The notes beneath the pieces were generated by a model. It did not search any database. It saw nothing but the letters and a program-made list of their open reading frames with translations, and was not told the origin of the DNA. Source: Flectonema sp. DT1601 (Eukaryota). Taken from it: a stretch of 64,000 nucleotides of DNA. The translations under genes were made by a program, and so were the position numbers. Numbering within the stretch: the stretch's first letter is position 1; every line of letters starts with the position of its first letter. Location: contig OZ025791.1 in assembly GCA_964019425.1 (NCBI GenBank), forward strand, positions 558,001-622,000. Reading direction: 5' to 3'. Positions 48,366-57,444 of this stretch are shown here, piece after piece.

Positions 48366-50878
48366 TTAGAAAGTGTTGTTTACATTTTTTCTGCAACGAG
48401 CAGCTCCCGCAGCAACTTGAGGGTTGCTCTGTCCTCTTGAGATTATAGCATTGTAATCGTCAAGCGCCTTTTGCCATCTTTCAAGTCCTTCGTATGCCAT
48501 TGCTCTTCTGAGAAACGCTTTTACGTTGTTTTCATTTACAGCCAGTGCCTCTCCACAGTCTCCAATTACCTGCTTGTATGATGATGACTGAGCATGGCAT
48601 GTAGCTCTGTTTACAAAGTATGTTGCACGGTCAGGGTCATTCTCGTCGGAAAGCTCAATAGCTCTTGTGTAGTAGGAAATCGCGTCTTCGTATGCTCCGT
48701 TCTTGAAGTGGCTGTTGCCCATCAATTTAGCCTATTGTAGTAGTTAGATTTCTATATTTTTAAACATCACCAGGAAAGACTATCCAGTGGGTAAACCAAT
48801 AATACATACCTCGTTGGCACTCTTGCAGCTTCCAGGGTTGGCCTTGGTGTTTCTATCCTTAATCTTTGAACGTACTTCAGTCAAACTATCACCAATGTCT
48901 CTGTAAGTTTATTAACATCATTTCAAACAATTGGAAAAGTTACTAAATTAATACTTAGAAGGTACATACTGGTTGGTTGGCTCAAACTTCAAGGCCAGTG
49001 AATAATTCTTCTCAGCATCATCGATGCTTCCTTTTGCGAGAAGTGCAACAGCCTTTCTAAAGTAACCCTTAACCCATTCAGGTCTACATCTAATGCATGT
49101 GTCAGCATCAGCAATCTGTTTTAATAATTTCGCCGACAGCGCACTCGGAAAACAATTTCGCTGCTACAGTGGGAAGCTAATTAAACGAGAAGGATATTTC
49201 AGTTCCCTGTGTTGACATCAGTGCGAGAAACAACGAGAGGGTCTTAAGCTCCGTTAAATGCTTCTCGCTAATAAACACGGACCAGGGTTATGATCATCAT
49301 TAATTAGGAAAGGGTGGCATCGAACAGAAGAAGTGATGTCTCTCAAGGGACAAAACAATAAGATCTCGCCAAGCATCCGTGGCATGCAACTCACAGTAAT
49401 TAGGGCTGCCACCCGGTGTTGCCGGCTGTAAGAAAGATTAATAATAAAACTCTCCCACCCCACAGCACACGGAAACGGTTCTGCTGCGACGACAGCGTAG
49501 GACGGTGGGAATAATATTGGAACACGTACAAGGGTACAGCTCCAGGTTGTGGAAGGAAGAAGATCTCGCCAAGCATCCGTGGCATGCAACTCACAGTAAT
49601 TAGGGCTGCCACCCGGTGTTGCCGGCTGTAATAAGGATTAATAACAAAACTCTCCCGCCCCGTTTCACCCCACAGCACACGGAAAACGATTTCTGCTGCG
49701 ACGACAGCGTAGGACGGTGTGGAAGCTAATTACACGAGAAGGGTATGTTTCAGTTCCCTGTGTTGACATCAGTGCGAGGAACAACGAGAGGGTCTTAAGC
49801 TCCGTTAAATGCTTCTCGCTAATAAACACGGACCAGGGTTATGATCATCATTAATCAGGAAAGGTTGGCATCGAACAGAAGAAGTGATGTCTCTCAAGGG
49901 ACAAAACAATAAGATCTCGCCAAGCATCCGTGGCATGCAACTCACAGTAATTAGGGCTGCCACCCGGTGTTGCCGGCTGTAATAAGGATTATTAACAAAA
50001 CTCTCCCGCCCCGTTTCACCCCACAGCACACGGAAAACGATTCTGCTGCGACGACAGCGTAAGACGGTGTGGAAGCTAATTACACGAGAAGGGTATGTTT
50101 CAGTTCCCTGTGTTGACATCAGTGCGAGGAACAACGAGAGGGTCTTAAGCTCCGTTAAATGCTTCTCGCTAATAAACACGGACCAGGGTTATGATCATCA
50201 TTAATCAGGAAAGGTTGGCATCGAACAGAAGAAGTGATGTCTCTCAAGGGACAAAACAATAAGATCTCGCCAAGCATCCGTGGCAGGCAACTCACAGTAA
50301 TTAGGGCTGCCACCCGGTGTTGCCGGCTGTAAGAAAGATTAATAACAAAACTCTCCCGCCCCGTTTCACCCCACAGCACACGGAAAACGATTCTGCTGCG
50401 ACGACAGCGTAGGACGGTGTGAATAATATTGGAACACGCGCAAGTGTACAGCTCCAGGTTGTGGAGGGAAGAAGATCTCGCCAAGCATCCGTGGCATGCA
50501 ACTCACAGTAATTAGGGCTGCCACCCGGTGTTGCCGGCTGTAATAAGGATCAATAACAAAACTCTCCCGCCCCGTTTCACCCCACAGCACACGGAAAACG
50601 GTTCTGCTGCGACGACAGCGTAGGACGGTGGGAAGTTAATTGAACAAGAAAGTCAACAGCCTGCTGGAAGCTAATAATGTTTTAAAACAAAAATAAACAC
50701 ATACCGCGTCATCGTAATTTTTCAACTGAATATGACAAGCTGCCTTGTTTGAACTAATAGTTCCAATGTTTTCACTATTTGGCTCACAGAGCTCTATGGC
50801 TTTAGTGTATTGTTCAATAGCTTCCTTAAATTGCTTTTTCTTAAAGAAGTCATTTCCCTTGGCTCTGAGGTCATCCAT
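48366..50878 (-). CDS. Two-TPR-domain (STI1/Hop-like) co-chaperone (4 exons: 50878-50705, 49115-48970, 48900-48810, 48731-48366)
   Basis: TPR clamp motifs KGNDFFK..YTKAI, WVKGYFRKA, GNSHFK..YTRAI, KAFLRRA. The frame is preserved across introns 50704-49116 (1589 nt), 48969-48901 and 48809-48732. Confidence 0.88.
49195..49304 (-). ncRNA. C/D box snoRNA, U18/snR18-like (copy 1)
   Basis: Box C ATGATGA (49300-49294), guide TGGTCCGTGTTT antisense to conserved LSU AAACACGGACCA, internal GCGAGAAGCA/TGTTTCTCGC stem, C'-like CTGATGT, box D CTGA (49202-49199). Confidence 0.85.
49361..49428 (-). ncRNA. Candidate single-hairpin AGA-box RNA H1 (other array-1 copies start at 49561, 49912, 50262, 50473)
   Basis: About 68 nt: lower stem GCCGG/CTTGGC, internal loop, upper stem GTGGCA/TGCCAC, then G-AGA-NNN. 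Confidence 0.6.
49648..49719 (-). ncRNA. Candidate single-hairpin AGA-box RNA H2 (other array-1 copies start at 49999, 50349, 50560; a deleted copy at 49448)
   Basis: About 71 nt: lower stem CCGTCC/GGGCGG, internal loop, upper stem TCGCAGCA/TGCTGTGG, then G-AGA-NNN. Confidence 0.62.
49746..49855 (-). ncRNA. C/D box snoRNA, U18-like (copy 2)
   Basis: Same boxes and guide; C 49851-49845, D 49753-49750. Confidence 0.8.
50096..50205 (-). ncRNA. C/D box snoRNA, U18-like (copy 3)
   Basis: Same boxes and guide; C 50201-50195, D 50103-50100. Confidence 0.8.
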
Positions 50879-52018
50879 TGTGAGTGTTTTACTACTGAAG
50901 AAATAGCAATTTATTAGAGTCCGATAATTGCATTGAAATGGTCGCTTCTAAGACACATAAAAGCGATGTTTTTTTCAAGTATTCAGACCTGGAAGAAATG
51001 GGGTGAAACAAAAAAACAAAAAAATAAATAAATAAAGAAATATGTTTAAACTCAACACAAGAAAACGAAAGGATAAGAAAACATGTATATAAAACCTTAG
51101 AGTTAATAATAAGCAGTTATTGTTCTTTTTTTTTTTGTTATTTTGTCATTTTTTTTTTTCCCTCTCAGAAAGATTTTTCTTTTCCCTTCTTTTTTTTCCA
51201 TTTTCAGTACGAAGTTATCAAACAAACAATGTAACCAAATTCAACTTTACGGTTCATTCTCATTTTGTTTTTTTGTTAGTGGAAAGGTTTCATACTTCGA
51301 GAAAAGAAAAAAAGAAAAAAAAAAAAAAATCGTAACAGAGATTATCGAAGGAAACTAGGAAAGTCTACTCGTCCTTTCTTTCACGTGATAGAAATGAAAT
51401 CACATGCGTGCCTCCGTTAAGATAATGTGCAGTTCATCATTGTTTGAGCAAACGCAGAACTTGCTAACAATAAAAAAAAAAAAAAAATAATAAAAAACAC
51501 GCAAAAAAAAAAAACAGCTACTATGCACAGCGGTTAGAAAAAATAAAATAAGAAAAATCAAGTGTGAAGTTAGAAGGTACAATTAAGAAACAGAGCACAA
51601 AGCCGCATCTGCAAGACAGAAAGAAAACTTCCGCGGAAAGAACAAAAAAAGAAAAAAACTTTCCCCTGCCACACGGTTCGATGTTTCTTAGTCCATCACT
51701 TGTTCACGATAAAACAGTAGCGAAATAGAAAAAATGGTACATTGAGGACACCGAATGCCCTTCAAAAAGAAAAGTACTTATGAGTTTTAATTATGAACAT
51801 AAACGTTTTGGGAACACAACAATGCCCGATAATGAGAAAAAAAAATGGAACGCAGCCATCCGTGAGTGAATATCACTTGCATTGACACATATGAGTAAAA
51901 AGATCAACACAGCAGTCAACCTAATAATTGGTAACAGGGTGTAACAACCTGACCAATTAAAAAAAATTAGCACGATAGCAGAAGTTAGATGAGTATACCG
52001 TTAACATTGTGAGGGATG

Positions 52019-55006
52019 CTAACCAGTACCGAATTTACGTTGCCACAAAATGACACATTGAAGTGAAACTGCGAATCCAACGAGGGTACACCAAAATAGT
52101 GATGATATTAAATTAGCCTGACCCTGCGCTATCGACGTCACTACAGACAACTGCTGTGCCGGATCTGAAATACCTGAAAACTTATCTAAAGCAGCAATCA
52201 CAGCATCACACGAAGACGAATCAGATTTTACAACAGAAGATATGTGTGTTGATAATTCTGTGATACTTGTTATAGCAGTTACCGAGGCACTTGATAAAGA
52301 CCACAATAAGTACCAACAATAAAGTAAAATAACAAAAAACACAATCGGTAAAGACTCCACCACAACATCAATATGAGAACTACTTGTAGGTGACTGTTCA
52401 ACTACTGGTTCTGGGATACTAATTTCTTCAGTTTCTTCTACTGATGAGGAAGAGTTCCCCAGACGAGAGCAATACTGTTTTGCCAAGGCACAGAAAACTT
52501 TGTACGCCGCGTTCAGTTCAGTAGTAGCCGTACTATCGACAGCTGATTTCATCATGAAACTCTTTAAAAAGTTAATGTGTGCAATCACATCAACATCACA
52601 CTGTGACGTCGACTTGTTCTCAGTTACAGAAAGCACAACTTCTATTCTAAAATTTTCACCATACATTACCTCAGGAGTTTGTGAACAGAAATGAATATAC
52701 AACTGAGACTGAGTCATGGCATAGCGCTGGTATTCAACGTATTTTGTATGTTTGCTCCAGGGTGCTTGGATAACCGTCAGGCAATCAAACTTTCTACTTC
52801 CACAGCCTGGTCCAAAAGAATCCCAATTAGGGATGGATACTGGTTGTGGGTTTTCTTTGGTACCTCCGTATTCCCCTCTCTTCTTATGATACTCAACTAA
52901 GAACGATGGTTCAGAAAATAGAGCTGAAAAAACCGAATTGAGACTTCCAGGAACGGAAACAGATAAAAGTTTTTTTCCCTTCGAAAGAACTGTAGATGCG
53001 GGTAAGAATTTATCATTTATAGTGCACTCTGAGAATAGTTGATGCATGTCGTCAAGGTCAGTCTCAGTGAATGAAACTTCCTTAGCTGCAATTGGTTCTT
53101 TCAGTGATTGTCTTTGCAATTGTTTTTGTTGTTTTTTTGCTTCACGTTCCTCATGTTCGTTGCGAACATCAGCTACTGTTTTCCCTTGTAATGATAGCTT
53201 TACATTCCAAAGCTTAGAAATTAAAGAAAAAGCTGCATCTCTTTGAATAAATGCCGTAAACGTATAAACATCACTAACCGTCGTTATGACTATCGCATTG
53301 AGGAACATTAAATCTTTTTTTTTTGTAATTTCTAAGATTTCCATCATATCAAGTTGGATAGACTGCTGCAATAACGGACTCACAAAGAAAACATGAGAGT
53401 CTGTTAGGGACATTCTGCCCAGACGATCAATCTTATTTTTTGCCTTATAAGAACATTGATAACTCTCAACGAGAGTGGCATTTTCAGGACAGTCTGCAAA
53501 TTCTCGTCGAAGATCACTCATTTTATCAACTTGACTACTTCTCACAGGTGTATTCGGTGCTGGTATTGGAGAACAGGCGTTTATCGGAGACCGAGCAGGA
53601 ACTGGTGAGTCGGTTGGCCGTTCTCTTGGTGGAGTTTGTTTTTTACTAGATGAACGAGGTGTTTCCGGTTTTGAAATAATATTTTCATCCAACTGAGTTA
53701 TTTTTTTCGATTCTTGCTTTGATAAGATATCAGCAGCAGCAATCGCTGCTGCTGACTTCGTAACTGGAGGTCGACCGAATTCGGGATCACTTGGAGAACC
53801 AATTTTATCATCACTTATTACACTGATACTGTTATTCATACTCTGAGGGAGTGATTCAGTTCCGACTGAACTGTGATCTGCTTCTTCTTCTGATAAAATT
53901 CCATTATCGAGGGATGTTTTCTTTATTGTTATCAGTTGATTTAGCAGTTGTAATATCTCAGCAGAATCTCCTAAAAAAGCTGTAAACTTGTGTTGCTCTT
54001 CATCTCCACTCGCTGTTACATATTTTATTATAATACACTCCATCAATAATACCTTCTTCTTTGTAGCAGAGCGAAAAGAACTAAAGTCCAGTACAACAGG
54101 GTCACACATGATACTATAAAAACAAAGTTTGTTATGAGTGATATAGAGCCTTCCATGGTGGGGAAATCGTTTTACATATGAACATTGGTAATCATTAATT
54201 AATCGTTCGCAAGGATGAAGACCAAATAATTTGTGGATGCCTTTGTCTTCGATGTTTTCTTCTTGCGCGAATGTGACGGTAGTTACTGGAGTTAAGGGAT
54301 CGTAGGATGAGAAGTCTTTGTCGTTTATTTTAAGAATACGTCTTCCAACATAACAAGAGCCTCCTGACATCTCTGCTATTGAGTTCTGCTCAACTTCATG
54401 AAGTAGTGTTGGGTCTGATTCTAAGAAAGTAAGACCTGTTTTACTTAGCGGTTGTGGATCAGAAATCGTAAGCATACCAGTCACTCCGATTATCTCCTCA
54501 TCAGAGTAAGTGTATCGACGATTCCATCGTCGACGGCGAACACAGTCAGTAGCAGATTTCTTTTTAGGATGAAAATTCATCCACCAGTCACCTGCATATT
54601 CCCAACCTTCTTCACCTGTAGCATCCGCCTCAGCTTCCCAATCGCTTATCCAAACACAGCCTTCTGGTAAGGATATTTGATCTCTTGTTTGTGGTTTTCT
54701 ATTTTTCCAATCGCCGACCCATTCAGTGATATCTGTCGGCAGTCTCTTAGCATTCCATCCCATCAGTGGAAACCATCTTTGAGTTTCGTAGACATATCTC
54801 GTTTCAATTATTTTCGCTGATTTCTTTGATTCTTTTAAAGCTTCTGTCATCTTATCAATATCTTCTTTACTGGACATCAGATTGTTGAGATCGTCTTCAG
54901 ATAAAGACGCCATTTGTGAAGCATTATGAAAACCTTTCTGTTCGAGTAGTTCTGTGTAGGCTTCCAGTCCATTTGTTGCCAACAACTCCTGCAGTTGAGA
55001 ATCCAT
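52019..55006 (-). CDS. SAM-DysF-(PDZ-like)-GRAM-GRAM-VASt membrane protein (Aster/LAM-like lipid transfer)
   Basis: SAM-like N-terminus; DysF YETQRW..GWEYA..VRRRRW; two GRAM domains (YQCSY..GR); VASt (TPEVMYGENF); C-terminal TM helices. Confidence 0.82.
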   Translation of the reverse strand: MDSQLQELLATNGLEAYTELLEQKGFHNASQMASLSEDDLNNLMSSKEDIDKMTEALKESKKSAKIIETRYVYETQRWFPLMGWNAKRLPTDITEWVGDWKNRKPQTRDQISLPEGCVWISDWEAEADATGEEGWEYAGDWWMNFHPKKKSATDCVRRRRWNRRYTYSDEEIIGVTGMLTISDPQPLSKTGLTFLESDPTLLHEVEQNSIAEMSGGSCYVGRRILKINDKDFSSYDPLTPVTTVTFAQEENIEDKGIHKLFGLHPCERLINDYQCSYVKRFPHHGRLYITHNKLCFYSIMCDPVVLDFSSFRSATKKKVLLMECIIIKYVTASGDEEQHKFTAFLGDSAEILQLLNQLITIKKTSLDNGILSEEEADHSSVGTESLPQSMNNSISVISDDKIGSPSDPEFGRPPVTKSAAAIAAADILSKQESKKITQLDENIISKPETPRSSSKKQTPPRERPTDSPVPARSPINACSPIPAPNTPVRSSQVDKMSDLRREFADCPENATLVESYQCSYKAKNKIDRLGRMSLTDSHVFFVSPLLQQSIQLDMMEILEITKKKDLMFLNAIVITTVSDVYTFTAFIQRDAAFSLISKLWNVKLSLQGKTVADVRNEHEEREAKKQQKQLQRQSLKEPIAAKEVSFTETDLDDMHQLFSECTINDKFLPASTVLSKGKKLLSVSVPGSLNSVFSALFSEPSFLVEYHKKRGEYGGTKENPQPVSIPNWDSFGPGCGSRKFDCLTVIQAPWSKHTKYVEYQRYAMTQSQLYIHFCSQTPEVMYGENFRIEVVLSVTENKSTSQCDVDVIAHINFLKSFMMKSAVDSTATTELNAAYKVFCALAKQYCSRLGNSSSSVEETEEISIPEPVVEQSPTSSSHIDVVVESLPIVFFVILLYCWYLLWSLSSASVTAITSITELSTHISSVVKSDSSSCDAVIAALDKFSGISDPAQQLSVVTSIAQGQANLISSLFWCTLVGFAVSLQCVILWQRKFGTG

Positions 55007-55976
55007 TCAGTGTATAGAACTTCTGTTTGGAAGGAAAGTTTTGTTTTAATTACAGAAGCCCTTTAGTGAAGGTCTTTAGTCTTATTTGAGAAAATAAAAC
55101 CAAAGTCATAAATAACTGAACAACCCATTTTTTTTTTTTTTTTGGGAAACGGAGAGTGGCTTTCCAGGTTAAGGATTCTGCCACAAGACGCTTGATCAGA
55201 AATAATGGTCGCTGACAACAGACAAATGTTGAGAGGTAAGATGTGCAAAAAAAAAAAAAAAAGAAGTAAGGGAGAGAGAGAGAGAGAGAGAGAGAAAAGA
55301 AATTTAACGATCTCAACAAGAATACCGAAGAACAGTTGGCAAGAAAAAGGGGATGCGTATTTTATCTAACATGGGAAAAACGAAATAACAGAAAAGACAA
55401 CTATTAAATATGTCACACATCAGAGATCCAATAATCCAACTTAACAATAAGAGAATCAATTGGTACTTCTGATACTAAACTAAACAAGAGGGAGGGTTAG
55501 AAAGTAACTGTTGACGGGGTACGATTAAAAACTGCTTTCTGGATATCTTTGTCACAGTGGACAAAGTACCAGAACAATCTCGATACCTACGGTGATAGGT
55601 CAGTTAAGTATACGACAAGAAAGCTACAAACAGAAAGAAGAAAAAGAAAAGGGAAGAAAGAAGCAAGATCCGGGTGGTTTTCATCCCGTTAGAGCGATTT
55701 GAATTATGAGAGCGGGGAGAGAAAGTGTGTATGTATGTGTATGTATCTTGTTTTAGTTAGTCTTTTTTATAAGAGCACGTAAACTATAATAGAAAGACGC
55801 ACAACACAGTCGTATTTAAGACAACATAAGAATATGAATGGCGATTGATATCTTAAATCTATTCTTATCTTGACTTTTAACGATAAATAATAAGAAGAAA
55901 AACAGATTTATAAGTGAAAAGACCGAACAGCGATTAATACAAATGAAAAAAAACAAAAAAAAGATATATTTCAATG

Positions 55977-56864
55977 TTACCTAACAGCCATGACTATTGA
56001 GGTTATTAAAAGAATAGTTGCGCTAATTACTTTTCTGGTATCTTCATCAACACCACTGAGAATGTTGGGTCCAATGCAGGCACCAGAACAGGTCCCAACA
56101 AAGAGTGAAGGTACAAGTGGACGACAGACGTTTCCGAGTGACCAATGAGTCGCAAGTGAAGTAGCGGAAGTTGGAATCATTGACAGTAGACTAGTTGAAG
56201 TTATCACCTGCCATGGAGCAACCTCAGCCATACTCATAAAAGGAACAACAACAGAACCTCCAGCAATACCCAACAAACCAGATGCTGTACCAGCAACAGC
56301 AGCAAGTACAATGTGAAAAGCTATAAACCCACTCTGCGTCTGAGTGAATATCTGCAATTTACTCTTCTCTCCATTTTGACTTCCCTTAACAAACACTCTG
56401 TAGTATACTACACAACTTGATGTTAGTAAGAATACGGCAAATAGTTTTTTCAAAACTGTTTGACTGATATGTTGACTGTACTGAGCTGCTAAGTAACCAA
56501 ACCCTGGAGCTATACCTCCAAGGATCATAATAGGAAGAACTGAAACAGTACACTGTGCATTCATGTATGTTGAGAAACCACCAACAAAAAGAGTAGAAAG
56601 GGCACAGACAAGAGAAGTACCAACACACTGTTTGTGAGTGAGACCTAGTGTTGCAGCCAGTAGTGGTACACAGAATGGTCCACCTCCTAGTCCTGCCATG
56701 GATCCCAATAAGCCTGTAGCAAATCCAACACTACCTCCTCCTACAACTTCACGGAATCTATCATTCTGGATAAACTGCGCTCTCTGTGGAATTGAAACTT
56801 GGGCGCTGTGGTTTCGAACTGCGCGAAACCAACGAACAGGTGGACGTCTTGGAGAGAGACACAT
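55977..56864 (-). CDS. TauE/SafE sulfite-exporter family membrane protein
   Basis: Duplicated GxxGxGGG..VP motifs and GTSL/STSL; Arg-rich, mitochondrial-type presequence. Confidence 0.85.
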   Translation of the reverse strand: MCLSPRRPPVRWFRAVRNHSAQVSIPQRAQFIQNDRFREVVGGGSVGFATGLLGSMAGLGGGPFCVPLLAATLGLTHKQCVGTSLVCALSTLFVGGFSTYMNAQCTVSVLPIMILGGIAPGFGYLAAQYSQHISQTVLKKLFAVFLLTSSCVVYYRVFVKGSQNGEKSKLQIFTQTQSGFIAFHIVLAAVAGTASGLLGIAGGSVVVPFMSMAEVAPWQVITSTSLLSMIPTSATSLATHWSLGNVCRPLVPSLFVGTCSGACIGPNILSGVDEDTRKVISATILLITSIVMAVR

Positions 56865-57444
56865 GTTCGTTTTGTGTAATCTGAAAGAATGTTAATAAAT
56901 ATCACAATACGGAAACAGGCAAGCTGACAAACTTTATAACTTGAAACGAACCACAAAACAGAAAAACATAACAATAAATGAGGTCTAAGAACGTGACTGA
57001 GGTTATTGATTACAATTCAAAGTGAGTAGACTGACGCTCTCTATTCCATTTTTAAGTTTATTGACTCTTTCCAAAAAACCATTTTGAATAAGAATCAGCC
57101 AGCCGTCGTATTTATCACAAGAAAAATAAATAAATAAATCAAATCAAATCAATAAATCGTAAGGACATTAAATAAATAATGGTTCATCGGGCTAAAAAAC
57201 TTAAACTAAGTAGAGATATCAGACCTGTCTTATATTACGGTTAGTAGGTTAGTATTGACTAGTTAGCGGGTCAAACAAGCCTCCGGCCAGTTTAGTGGAA
57301 GCTCATTCACAGTAACTATTAAAATATAACAGAAAAAAGGAACATAACTGAAAGGATAAAAGGCAGGTTTGAAATCCGCTGAAATTTGGATTTTTTTTTT
57401 TAAAAAAAACCCAAATTAAAAACAGTAAAGTGAAAACAGAAAAT

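Larger units (their letters stand above)
49131..50640. repeat. Intronic modular tandem array 1 (units L=350 bp, S~211 bp; + order L-S-L-L-S)
   Basis: Near-identical repeats read directly (e.g. period 350 between 49750 and 50100). The array lies inside TPR gene intron 1. Confidence 0.95.

Noticed and set aside
49850..49911. Second C/D snoRNA in spacer A (CTGA just upstream of the U18 box C)
   Set aside because: No box C, and the CTGA is CTAA in the first copy.
49131..50640. CRISPR-like repeat/spacer reading of the arrays
   Set aside because: The units are 211-350 bp, the spacers recur rather than being unique, there are no cas genes, and the context is a eukaryotic intron.
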